The notes beneath the pieces are model-generated. The model was not told the origin of the DNA. It ran no database searches and saw nothing but the letters and a program-made list of their open reading frames with translations. Of a stretch of DNA of 64,000 nt, positions 47,922 through 57,061 are shown piece after piece. The stretch comes from an uncultured Gammaproteobacteria bacterium (GTDB taxonomy: Bacteria > Patescibacteriota > Patescibacteriia > SBBC01 > CAIJZX01), in NCBI GenBank assembly GCA_964397195.1, contig CAYNGY010000003.1:69836-133835 (forward strand), written 5' to 3'. Position 1 is the first letter of the stretch, and each line of letters begins with the position of its first letter. Position numbers and translations under genes: made by a program.

Positions 47922-48557
47922 ATGACAATCACCAAACTCGGCCATTGCTGTCTCTTGATTAAAGAGGGAGCCCTGACCATTCTGACCGACCCCGGAACAT
48001 ATTCTACTGCCCAAGACGGGCTGACGGGTATTGATGTTATTTTGATTACCCACGAACACGCCGATCATTTTCATGTTGAGTCCTTGAAGAAAGTCTTGGT
48101 CAATAATCCCAGCGCCAAAATATATACGGTCAAGGGAGTCGCGGTTCTGCTCGATAAAGAGGGGATTTCCTATGAGCTTCTTGAACATGGCCAGAGCGTG
48201 ACGGAAAATGGTGTGACCATCGAAGGATTCGGTCAACTGCACGCCGATATGTATCCGGGCTGGCCGCGCGTTGATAACTGTGGGTACATGATTGCCGGGC
48301 GACTCTTTTATCCGGGCGATGCATTTACAAATCCAAACCGGCCGGTGGAATTCTTGGCGCTTCCGGTGGCGGGGCCGTGGATGAAGCTGAGCGAGGCGAT
48401 TGACTACGCCAAAGACCTAAAACCAAAAATGGCCTTTCCGGTGCATGATGGAATTTTGAAAACGCCGGGAATGGTTCACCGGCTTCCGGCCAAGTTTTTG
48501 AGTGAGGCGGGGATTGATTGGAAAGCCATGCTTGAAGGAGATCAGATTGATGTCTAA
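47922..48557 (+). CDS. MBL-fold metallo-hydrolase
   Basis: GHCC, THEHADH, PGD, PVHDG. Confidence 0.92.
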   Translation: MTITKLGHCCLLIKEGALTILTDPGTYSTAQDGLTGIDVILITHEHADHFHVESLKKVLVNNPSAKIYTVKGVAVLLDKEGISYELLEHGQSVTENGVTIEGFGQLHADMYPGWPRVDNCGYMIAGRLFYPGDAFTNPNRPVEFLALPVAGPWMKLSEAIDYAKDLKPKMAFPVHDGILKTPGMVHRLPAKFLSEAGIDWKAMLEGDQIDV

Positions 48558-48972
48558 CGGCATGATTGCCCACAGCGCTGGTGGTGTGGTGCAGAACGTG
48601 CGAGGTGAAGTGCTTCTGATTCGACATGGGAATAATGCGTGGTCATTCCCAAAGGGCCATATTGAGCCGAATGAAGATGAATTAGTGGCGGCACGACGAG
48701 AGATTTCAGAAGAGGCAGGCATTACTGATCTAGCTTTTATTCAACCACTTGGCTCTTTTAGCCGCTATCGCCTCGACGCGAACGGAAAAGAGGATCACAA
48801 GGAATTCAAAGTGGTGCACATCTATCATTTTTCAACGGCGGAAATGTTTACGCAGCCGAAAGATTCAGACATACTTGAGGGGCGGTGGGTACCGGTGGCG
48901 GAAGTGGCGGACCTTTTGGCGCATCGAGCGGACAAAGAGTTTTATATATCAATCCAGCAGAAACTGTTGTGA
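48550..48972 (+). CDS. NUDIX hydrolase (Ap4A hydrolase-like)
   Basis: PKGHIEPNEDELVAARREISEEAG Nudix box. Confidence 0.9.
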   Translation: MSNGMIAHSAGGVVQNVRGEVLLIRHGNNAWSFPKGHIEPNEDELVAARREISEEAGITDLAFIQPLGSFSRYRLDANGKEDHKEFKVVHIYHFSTAEMFTQPKDSDILEGRWVPVAEVADLLAHRADKEFYISIQQKLL

Positions 48973-49475
48973 AAGACGAACTCTTGGATCTCGTAGACGA
49001 AAATGACCAGGTCATTGGCACGGTCATGAAGAGCGTGGCGCACGCCGAAAATAAACGCATTCGGATTATTCATGTCTTTATTTTTGATACGCAAGGGAGA
49101 ATGGCTGTCCAGTTGCGAAGCGAGAGCGTCAATTTCGCGCCGGGACATTGGGTGACGGCCGGCAGCGGGCATGTCGCGGCCGGTGAAACCTACGAGCAGG
49201 CGGGCGCCCGTGAGCTTCAGGAAGAACTCGGTATTTCTGTGCCGCTTACATTTGAGGGAACCGAGCGGTATCAATACGTCGATGGTACGGAAGAATTTCT
49301 CGGCGTCATGCGCGGGCAGTACGACGGTGAATTCGTTGTCCATCCCGAAGACGTGGCGCGGGTGGCGTGGTTCACGATGGATGACTTGCAGAACATGATC
49401 AGGCGCGGCGAAAAAATCCATCCGGAATTTCTTTTCTTACTTATAAAACGATTTGGCCTCACCCCTCGTCGGTGA
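48969..49475 (+). CDS. NUDIX hydrolase (IDI/YfcD-like)
   Basis: DLVDEND.VIG, GHVAAGETYEQAGARELQEELG; GTG overlapping the previous stop. Confidence 0.88.
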   Translation: MKDELLDLVDENDQVIGTVMKSVAHAENKRIRIIHVFIFDTQGRMAVQLRSESVNFAPGHWVTAGSGHVAAGETYEQAGARELQEELGISVPLTFEGTERYQYVDGTEEFLGVMRGQYDGEFVVHPEDVARVAWFTMDDLQNMIRRGEKIHPEFLFLLIKRFGLTPRR

Positions 49476-49786
49476 GGTTTTCGGTGAATACGCCGGAATG
49501 GATTAGGGTCGAGACGGAAAGTGTTCCACAGCCTTGTCAGGTACGCAGGGGGCGAGTAAATGGAATACTGGTGACGAATACGACACATCTCTCCACAACC
49601 ACGGCGGTTGCCATGTTCAGTGTGAGCGATATACTGCAGATACATAGATTTTAGAGAACGGTACCAGTTTTCTACAAATCCTCCGGTGCCCCCGGACAGG
49701 CTCGAGTCGACGACACGCGACTCATATGGCCACACAAGGACGACCCCCGCGGGTCGTTCTTGGTTTGTATGATATACTTTAACAGT

Positions 49787-50131
49787 ATGAAATTGCACTG
49801 GAAAATAAATATCGTGGTCGGAGTGGTGACGGTGGTTATTGGGGCGGTTCTATTTACCGCGACGAGTGTGGTGGTTGACGCTGATTGTTTGACGATGTCG
49901 ACTCCGGGCACCGGGTGCCGCGTCTATCGCGGAGTGAACGCGATCGTGCAAACATATACGGATGTCTGGCGCTCCCTCTTTGCTCGGCGTTGTCTCGGCG
50001 GGAATGGTTCAGATGACTGTCTCGGTCCCGACCTGACGATCATGGTGGCGACGCTCTTCGTGATTGGATTTGTCGTCAGCGAAATAACGCTCCGCACGCG
50101 TCGAACAACGACGATACCGCCTCATGCCTGA
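49787..50131 (+). CDS. Small 2-TM protein with Cys-rich external loop
   Basis: TM-loop (4 Cys)-TM; TATACT 8 nt before ATG. Confidence 0.6.
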   Translation: MKLHWKINIVVGVVTVVIGAVLFTATSVVVDADCLTMSTPGTGCRVYRGVNAIVQTYTDVWRSLFARRCLGGNGSDDCLGPDLTIMVATLFVIGFVVSEITLRTRRTTTIPPHA

Positions 50132-50414
50132 TGTTCTTCCACCGACAAAGACACCGCTGACCACCCAACGAATTTTCTGGTTGGTTGGAAGTTTAGTGGT
50201 CGGCTACCTAGTGGGGAATATTATGTTCATGTTGCCGTTTGCCGCGATATTGTATTTCCTTGTGCCCGATACGCGATTTAATGCGCGTTGGATATGGTGG
50301 CGAAAACTGGCTATGCCGTGGCGGGCGGTCATGACGGTAGTGGCGATGTACATTTTTGTGTTTGTTTTTATGATTAGTTTTGCGCCGTGGCTGACAAGCG
50401 GGATGGGGTCGTAA
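50124..50414 (+). CDS. Small membrane protein
   Basis: Hydrophobic ORF overlapping the previous stop. Confidence 0.55.
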   Translation: MPDVLPPTKTPLTTQRIFWLVGSLVVGYLVGNIMFMLPFAAILYFLVPDTRFNARWIWWRKLAMPWRAVMTVVAMYIFVFVFMISFAPWLTSGMGS

Positions 50415-50498
50415 CTGCCGAAAATAAATCACCGACATGGCAGGGCCAGAGGTCGGTGGGTTGGTGTCCGTGACGAAGCGGACGGAGGTGCGGCTGGG

Positions 50499-50978
50499 CT
50501 AGACGGTGACGGCACTGCCTTCCACTTCCGCCTCGGCCATGGTGAGCAGGGGCAGAAGCGGCTCGATGATGGTCCCGGCGTAGAGCAGGGCCAGGTTGAG
50601 GTTGGCGCCGCTGACGACGTTGATCTTGCGGCCGCGCTGGTTGGCGACCACACAGTCGACCGATCGCCCGGCGCGGGTGCTGAAGAAGCCGAGCTGACCG
50701 CCGGCCACGACCCACTCGTCGAGCGAACTGGTTGGGCGTGGGGCGCCCATCAGGTAGTGCGTCTGGTGCGGTTCGGGACGGGCGTGCTGGACGGCGACGT
50801 AGTTGTCGGAGAGCGCGGCCAGGGCCGATTCGAGCGACCATCCAGTCACCATCATGGTGGGCTCGTCTTCGCCTTCGAGCAACAACGAAGCCTGACGGGC
50901 GGTACCGCCATTGGGTGCCGGCGTGGCGATCACGCGGAACCCATGCTTCACTGCGTCCTGCAGGGGTTGGAAGATCAT
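50499..50978 (-). CDS. Orphan protein
   Basis: Leader ACCCCGGAAAGGAGG, TTGACG/TAGTCT promoter, terminator CACCGAC..GTCGGTG-ATTTATTTT. Confidence 0.65.
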   Translation of the reverse strand: MIFQPLQDAVKHGFRVIATPAPNGGTARQASLLLEGEDEPTMMVTGWSLESALAALSDNYVAVQHARPEPHQTHYLMGAPRPTSSLDEWVVAGGQLGFFSTRAGRSVDCVVANQRGRKINVVSGANLNLALLYAGTIIEPLLPLLTMAEAEVEGSAVTV

Positions 50979-51094
50979 TGGAAACCCCTCCTTTCCGGGG
51001 TTGAGACTACTCCAAAACACTGAATTCCGTCAATATGGTTCTCGGTCAGGGTGGCGTGGTGTATACTAGACGTACATTCACTTTCCATATAGCT

Positions 51095-51796
51095 ATGCAC
51101 GAGGGATACAATCCGGCCCATGAGAAGATGATGGGCGAGGCAGCGTTCATCAACGAGTCCTTCGATCGATACGATGTGTTACGTACTGGTGAAAAACCGC
51201 CGGAGGCTCAGGAAACCGAGCGAGGATGGGAGCACCATGATGCGGATGGAAAGCTCGTGGCGAAAAGTGAAAAATGGAACGATCGGCAAGTGACGCAGTT
51301 TTCGTACGCTGAGGACGGATCCCATATTGAGCATGGCCTTCTAACGGAAACCGGTGACGAGGAAAAAGAAGGTCGGATGGTGGAGCGACACTACGAGTCG
51401 CGTGACGTTGCTATCAATGTCAATGGAGCGGCGGCGAGTGGGCAATTGTTTGAATACGGATTTACGAAGTTTCCGAACGCCGTAGCGCGCGAATCTGCGC
51501 AACATGGCGGCGACCTACCTGAGCCGAGCGAATGGTTTGCCAAGGTTCGCATTGATGACCCGGAGACGCTCGCCGCGATGGACTTCGGGACGCTTTTGAA
51601 GCAGGGTTCGAACGAGGGCGGTGAATGGCGCGAGTACCAGGCGAGCCAAGAGATGATTGATTTAGGCATCACCGTTGGCGAACAGTCATACCACAATCGT
51701 CTCAATAAAATTTCCGTTGATTACACGCTCGTCGACGGCGTCATGATGCCGATCAAAGCGACGGTTCGTTTTCACGGCGCTGAACGGGCATCGTAA
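51095..51796 (+). CDS. Acidic hypothetical protein
   Basis: Open 233 codons, coding-like, 2 nt before the HAD gene. Confidence 0.65.
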   Translation: MHEGYNPAHEKMMGEAAFINESFDRYDVLRTGEKPPEAQETERGWEHHDADGKLVAKSEKWNDRQVTQFSYAEDGSHIEHGLLTETGDEEKEGRMVERHYESRDVAINVNGAAASGQLFEYGFTKFPNAVARESAQHGGDLPEPSEWFAKVRIDDPETLAAMDFGTLLKQGSNEGGEWREYQASQEMIDLGITVGEQSYHNRLNKISVDYTLVDGVMMPIKATVRFHGAERAS

Positions 51797-51798
51797 AC

Positions 51799-52395
51799 AT
51801 GTCTGATCGTCGTCTCATCTACTTCGACTATCATGGCGTGCTTGATCGTCGCGGGTATCGGGGGTTGATGCTGGCGATTGCCCGTGGGGCCGGGACGGAA
51901 CCGAGTGAGGCTTTTTTTGCGCGTCTGGAACCGATGGTCTATCTCTATGCCGCCGGGCAAACGGTGCCGCTCGAATTTTGGACCAAATTGTCAGCCCAGT
52001 ATGGAGCGAGCGCGGCCGATGCCGGTCGAAAGTATTATCTCCATGTCGATCCGATCCATCCGATGTGGGTGTTGCTGAATCAGCTCCATCAAACCGTTGA
52101 ACTCGGACTTTGTACTGATAGCGCGCTTGATAAGAAAGAGGTTATTCGGCACGCCTACGATCTGCCAACGTTCTTCGACCAGCTCGTTTTCTCTTGTGAC
52201 CTTGGGCGGACAAAGCATGACCCCTTTTTCTACCAAGCCCTGCTGCAGGGTCATCAGTATCAATCCGGGGATATTCTTTTGATCGATGATGACGAAAAAA
52301 ATGTGGCCATGGCTCAGGCCGCTGGAATCCCAGCTTTCCTTCACGTCTCTCCGGCAACAACGATTCGCTTTTTGACGGGAAAAAAATCTATATGA
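51799..52395 (+). CDS. HAD-family hydrolase
   Basis: FDYHGVL, K..P, IDDDEKNV..A. Confidence 0.88.
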   Translation: MSDRRLIYFDYHGVLDRRGYRGLMLAIARGAGTEPSEAFFARLEPMVYLYAAGQTVPLEFWTKLSAQYGASAADAGRKYYLHVDPIHPMWVLLNQLHQTVELGLCTDSALDKKEVIRHAYDLPTFFDQLVFSCDLGRTKHDPFFYQALLQGHQYQSGDILLIDDDEKNVAMAQAAGIPAFLHVSPATTIRFLTGKKSI

Positions 52396-52811
52396 ATGTA
52401 TCATTCAAAAAACTTCGGCCCGAGGCGATTGTGCCTTACCAGAAAGATCCGCAGAGCGCCGGTTGGGACTTAGCGACACCAGACGCCGTGACGCTTAAAG
52501 CCGGGGAACGAAAGCTGTTTCCGCTCGGTATCGCGGCTGAATTCCCGGACGGCTACGTCGCCCTCTTTCGTGATCGCTCAAGTTTTGGTGCCAAAGGAAT
52601 TCAGGTCTTGGCCGGAGTCGTCGATGCCTCGTATCGTGGTGAGTGGACGGTGGTGCTCCTGAATACATCGAATTTGAATTATACTATTGCCGCCGGGGAC
52701 CGGATTGCCCAGTGCCTCTTTTTCCCAATTGCGCCGGCCAATGTCGAAGAGGTCCAGGCATTATCGGATACCGCCCGTGGGGCAGGCGGATTTGGGAGTA
52801 GTGGACGATGA
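52392..52811 (+). CDS. dut: dUTP diphosphatase
   Basis: SAGWDL, RSS, GVVDASYRGE, GDRIAQ, RGAGGFGSSG. Confidence 0.96.
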   Translation: MNVSFKKLRPEAIVPYQKDPQSAGWDLATPDAVTLKAGERKLFPLGIAAEFPDGYVALFRDRSSFGAKGIQVLAGVVDASYRGEWTVVLLNTSNLNYTIAAGDRIAQCLFFPIAPANVEEVQALSDTARGAGGFGSSGR

Positions 52812-53191
52812 GTGATCCAGTCATGAATCCAAACCTGACCCCAGAACAGGTCAATGTGTGTTTTCGGAAGGGGACGGAACCGCCCGGAAGTGGCAAGTGG
52901 TTAGGCCATCATGCGGTTGGGGCGTACGTTTGCGCTAATTGCGGGCAAGAACTGTTTCGATCTACGACGAAGTTTGATTCGGGAACCGGCTGGCCAAGTT
53001 TTTGGGAAACCGCTGATCCAGCCGCGGTCAAGATGGAAAAAGACGAGTCACTCGGGATGGAGCGCACCGAAGTGCAGTGTGGCCGGTGTGGGGCGCACCT
53101 AGGGCACGTGTTTGACGACGGACCGAAACCATCCGGCCAGCGGTATTGTATCAATTCGTTAGCACTTGATTTCGTAGCGGAAAAAAAGTGA
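52808..53191 (+). CDS. msrB: Peptide-methionine (R)-S-oxide reductase
   Basis: GTE.P, KFDSGTGWPSF, HLGHVFDDGP, RYCINS. Confidence 0.97.
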   Translation: MSDPVMNPNLTPEQVNVCFRKGTEPPGSGKWLGHHAVGAYVCANCGQELFRSTTKFDSGTGWPSFWETADPAAVKMEKDESLGMERTEVQCGRCGAHLGHVFDDGPKPSGQRYCINSLALDFVAEKK

Positions 53192-53227
53192 CCGACCGGG
53201 CGCGTGGGGCGCCCGATCGGATGTACA

Positions 53228-53461
53228 TCAGTCCGGCCATTCGATGGCGCTGGCCAGGATGCCGCACAGACCGGCCTGGAGCGACGCCTTCTCGATCAGC
53301 TTGTTCTTGACCGTCTCCTTCAGCCGATCGTCTTGGATCTCGATCGTTTGGAAGGCGATCGTGCCTTCGAGCGGCTGGCCGTCGACGAGGCGGTTGTCCG
53401 CGACGAATCGACCGACATACCGATCGCCGACTTTGGCGACGATAGCCATGTAGAACGCCAC
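53228..53461 (-). CDS. Small orphan protein
   Basis: SD GAAGGAG before GTG; second gene of a pair. Confidence 0.55.
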   Translation of the reverse strand: MAFYMAIVAKVGDRYVGRFVADNRLVDGQPLEGTIAFQTIEIQDDRLKETVKNKLIEKASLQAGLCGILASAIEWPD

Positions 53462-53489
53462 AGGCTACTCCTTCTCCGAGGGTTGGAAC

Positions 53490-53741
53490 CTACGGTGTGA
53501 CGTCCTCGGCGATCTTCCGACGACGGGCTTCTTCGCGGACGGACTTCTTCAGCCGATCCTGGATGCTCGCGTCGAGCTCGTTGGCCTCGATCGGCGTGGT
53601 GTCGAAGATGTGCTGGCCGGGGATCGGCGTGATCGACTCGACGGTACTGTCGGGGCCGAGTCGGACCGGTTCGCCATCGCATGTCCAGTTCCCGTAGTGG
53701 TGGGGACCGACTTTGACGACGGTGATGCCGAACTTCTTCAT
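53490..53741 (-). CDS. Small orphan protein
   Basis: SD AAAGGAGGTGA before MKKFGITV; TTGACA-17-TAGGCT promoter. Confidence 0.65.
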   Translation of the reverse strand: MKKFGITVVKVGPHHYGNWTCDGEPVRLGPDSTVESITPIPGQHIFDTTPIEANELDASIQDRLKKSVREEARRRKIAEDVTP

Positions 53742-53900
53742 GGTGTTTCTCACCTCCTTTGGGATTATCCCGGTTCGCGGCAGGGGAAACGAGGCAAGCC
53801 TATGGTTCAGGGGAGGTTCTGTCAAGGCCGAAGCCTGATCATCTAGCGACGGCTACTCCGGAGAGACACGGTAAATAAATGAGCCCACCGGTGAGATGGG

Positions 53901-54350
53901 CTACTTGGTGATGGTCGCAGGTGCGTAGAGGCCGCGACCGGTGCTGTTATGCAAGCGACATCGGATGAGCAGGGCGAGGTAGTTCGCCGCCGTGTACAGC
54001 GTGCGGTGCATGATCCCTTGTCCCCGTCCCGGGGCCAGGGTCGTGAGGCTCGGCAGATCGGCGTTCGAATCGAACTGGAGCTTCATGTACACCGTGATTG
54101 TTTGCCGCCGGTAGCCTCGTCGCTGCGTCCACTCACCGCGGACGATGTACGAGTACGGGGCGACGGTCGCGGCCGGAATGGTGACATAGAATTGCCAGGT
54201 CGGGAGATTGCGGGCGATGACGTCGCGGACAATCAGTGGGGAGACCGGGTGCGCGTTGAAGACGTCTGGTTGTTGGCTGACGAGTTCAACGTTCTGACCG
54301 ACGACGGGTACAAAGGTCGATGGGCGTTGTCTTCTTTTTTTGGTGGACAC
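53901..54350 (-). CDS. Basic orphan protein
   Basis: SD GGAGG before GTG (VSTKKRRQ); TTGACG-17-TAGGAT promoter; terminator after the stop. Confidence 0.6.
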   Translation of the reverse strand: MSTKKRRQRPSTFVPVVGQNVELVSQQPDVFNAHPVSPLIVRDVIARNLPTWQFYVTIPAATVAPYSYIVRGEWTQRRGYRRQTITVYMKLQFDSNADLPSLTTLAPGRGQGIMHRTLYTAANYLALLIRCRLHNSTGRGLYAPATITK

Positions 54351-54783
54351 GATGTCCCTCCAATCTCGTGCGGGGGCTGACCGCGGGATGATCCTACGCG
54401 GTTGTGACAGGCTCGTCAAACCTCATGCACAGCTTGACGGTGGAACGCGCGCGCGAGAAAATACCTGTATCAGTAGCGCCGTCGCTCAAGACAGCGACGG
54501 CGCTAAGAGACAGCCGTCGCCCCTTGATATGACTCTCACTCGCGTTGCTCGATCGGCAGGTGGCACGACGACGGCGCTGTCAATCGGGATAGGTTGATGA
54601 CGGAGGGGAAAACCGACGTCGACACACCGTCCGCATAGCGATGATCATTCATTATTCAAACGCCAAGCCACCAACGTTTGTCTCCCTTGCTATCCGGGCG
54701 GTCTGTCGGCGAATCGCCTATCGGGACTGACAAATAGTCGTGGCTCTGGAGTGAGGACCGATGGTGGGGCGAAGGAGAATCGT

Positions 54784-55161
54784 ATGGACCTTAACAAAAT
54801 AACGCTGATTGGACATGTCGTCCGTGATCCGGAAGTCAGACGGATGTCGTCTGGAGCGAGTCTGACGAAATTTAGTTTGGCCACGAACTACGTCTATCAA
54901 GACGCACGATCTCAGGCCAAAAAAGAAACCGTAGATTTCCACGATTTGACCGCTTGGGGGAAGCTCGGTGAAATTATCGGCCAGTATGTGAAGAAGGGCG
55001 CCAAGATTTACGTCGAGGGTCGCCTGCGAAATCGTGCCTTTGTTGGGAAGGATGGCCAGAAGCGCTCGAAGGCGGAAATTGTGGCGGATAATCTGATTAT
55101 GCTCGGGCACCGCGCGCCAAAACAGGCAGCGGTAGTACGGGAAGAGCCGGAGGAGGAATAA
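54784..55161 (+). CDS. ssb: Single-stranded DNA-binding protein (short, no ..PF tail)
   Basis: LNKITLIG...DPE, FSLATN, WGKLGE, KKG.KIYVEGRL. Confidence 0.93.
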   Translation: MDLNKITLIGHVVRDPEVRRMSSGASLTKFSLATNYVYQDARSQAKKETVDFHDLTAWGKLGEIIGQYVKKGAKIYVEGRLRNRAFVGKDGQKRSKAEIVADNLIMLGHRAPKQAAVVREEPEEE

Positions 55162-55338
55162 CAATCAGCGTGCGCCGTCCGCGGGGCCGGACGGACGCTC
55201 GTCTCTCTCTGTCGTTTCACACGACTAGCCGCTCAACTTGGCGCCGCGAGGCGCCGAGGCGCACGGGCACCGCGTGGCGGCAGTGCGATGGACGATGGGG
55301 AGGGAGGAGCGATAGGTGGTGGCGGAAGGGTTAACGAT

Positions 55339-55899
55339 ATGAAACGACAGTTGATCGCGTTGGCGATCGTCGGGGTATTGAGTGTCACGGTCATGCCGAG
55401 TGCCACCCACGCATATTCGTATGCCGGTATGCGCTGGCCGTCGACGTATCCAAACGTGACGGTCACAATCGATAACAGTACTATTCCGACCCAATGGAAT
55501 TCGGCCTTCACGTCAGCCATGTCGGCGTGGAACAATGCTGGGTCGCGGATGCGTTTCTCGAACTATGTCGGCGGCAGCCATACGGTCAGTTTGAAGTTCG
55601 CGTGGTTTGCGCCGTGGCTGGCCTTAACGACGACCTCGTATACGGGAAGTACAATCTTCGACTGCAAGACCGTTTTCAACAACCGCTATTCGTGGGACGT
55701 GAATGGCGCGTGGAACAAGTATGATGCTTGGTCGGTCATGACCCATGAATTTGGGCACTGGATTACCCTTAATGATCTCTATGGGTCTGGTGATCGAGAA
55801 AAAACGATGTATGGTTCTGGCTTGCCGGGTGAAGTTCGACAACGATCACTCGATATCGACGATGTGAATGGCATTCGTTCGGTGTATGGTGTACGATAA
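55339..55899 (+). CDS. Secreted matrixin-like (M10/metzincin) metalloprotease
   Basis: Signal peptide, AMSAWN, HEFGHWITLND, Met-turn TMYG, L..DD..GI..VY. Confidence 0.82.
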   Translation: MKRQLIALAIVGVLSVTVMPSATHAYSYAGMRWPSTYPNVTVTIDNSTIPTQWNSAFTSAMSAWNNAGSRMRFSNYVGGSHTVSLKFAWFAPWLALTTTSYTGSTIFDCKTVFNNRYSWDVNGAWNKYDAWSVMTHEFGHWITLNDLYGSGDREKTMYGSGLPGEVRQRSLDIDDVNGIRSVYGVR

Positions 55900-55916
55900 T
55901 CATAATTCTTGAGCAT

Positions 55917-56426
55917 ATGATCTACAAAATCCTTCTTCTCATCGGAAGCATCGCCGCCGTAGTGACCGCGTTCATGGTGACGAGCGTGAAACCGACGGAG
56001 GAAAAAATGGTGTTCACCGCGGAGCGCGGATTTACTGCCGAAACGTTAACCCAGGAAGCAGAGGCCATAGTGATCGGGACATTTGGTCCCTCACGAAGCT
56101 ATGTTGATACGTCCATTGGACAAAGTTTGGTTCTGACCGATTGGGAATTTACCCCAGCAGAAGTCTTGAAGGGCACCGTTGACCAGAAAATAACGGTGAC
56201 GCTCCAAGGTGGTCGAGCCGGCAAGGTTCAAGACCGAGCAGCTGATGTTCCGTCGGTGAAAAAAGGACAATTTGCACTACTCTATCTGACGAATGTTCCA
56301 CAGTACCACAAGTGGATTCCGGTTAGCACGTCGCAGGGTATACTCCTACAAACCAAAGGAGATAGTTTTAAGGATCACCTCGGTGCGTCCATTGAGCGTG
56401 TCCGTGCAAAGTCCATGATTAAATAA
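55917..56426 (+). CDS. Membrane-anchored exported protein (partner of the protease gene)
   Basis: N-terminal TM; AEAIVIGT, EVLKG, V...GG, G..LLYL pattern. Confidence 0.7.
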   Translation: MIYKILLLIGSIAAVVTAFMVTSVKPTEEKMVFTAERGFTAETLTQEAEAIVIGTFGPSRSYVDTSIGQSLVLTDWEFTPAEVLKGTVDQKITVTLQGGRAGKVQDRAADVPSVKKGQFALLYLTNVPQYHKWIPVSTSQGILLQTKGDSFKDHLGASIERVRAKSMIK

Positions 56427-56537
56427 AAAGCGGCCGGGGTTCGTTCATTCGAAGCTAGGCCGGCTAGGAAAGCACCGGGCTACTCACCCGGTGTTTTCGT
56501 GCTCGCCGGCCGGTTGCTTCTCCGGTATGATAGAGAC

Positions 56538-56927
56538 ATGATTGAGCGAGAAATGTGCGAAAGATGGATCCGGGAAGCGGTGGAACGTATTCCGGCCCAT
56601 ATTCGTGACCGGATTGAAAATGTGGCCTTTATTCTTGAGGATCGACCGCGGCTCCCGCGGCCTGGCGAGTTAGGCTATCATGGTCACGGGGTGTTACTCG
56701 GGCTGTACCGTGGCATTCCGTTACCGACCCGAAATGCCGGGTATTCGATGGTTCCGCCCGACACGATTACGCTTTTCCAGGCGGCGATTGAAACGGTGGC
56801 GGGAGGGGAGCCTGATGATGTGAAACGAGTGCTCCAGGATACCGTTTGGCATGAAATCGCCCATTACCTAGGGATGAATGAATCCGAGGTACGGGCATGG
56901 GAGCAAAAACGGGGCCGGAGGACTTGA
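56538..56927 (+). CDS. Zincin_1 metallopeptidase family protein
   Basis: LLGLY.G.P, PD.ITLF, HEIAHYLG. Confidence 0.9.
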   Translation: MIEREMCERWIREAVERIPAHIRDRIENVAFILEDRPRLPRPGELGYHGHGVLLGLYRGIPLPTRNAGYSMVPPDTITLFQAAIETVAGGEPDDVKRVLQDTVWHEIAHYLGMNESEVRAWEQKRGRRT

Positions 56928-56952
56928 CGTCGGGTGGCTGAGATAGTATAGT
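56924..56952 (+). promoter_or_regulatory. Sigma70 promoter of the infA-alpha operon
   Basis: TTGACG-17-TATAGT. Confidence 0.75.
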
Positions 56953-57061
56953 GTTCTGGCATCCTTTCTTGTTCATCACGCACTCGGGCAGAATTTCCGC
57001 AAAGGTTAGCGATATTTCTGCCTGCGCGGACCTCCGCGGAGTGGGTGTTGAATACCATCAG

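Noticed and set aside
49684-49765. GGTGCCCCCGGACAGGCTCGA as a reversed tRNA 3' end/att scar with a following hairpin
   Set aside because: The match is short and degenerate, no cloverleaf forms and no partner tRNA is in the window
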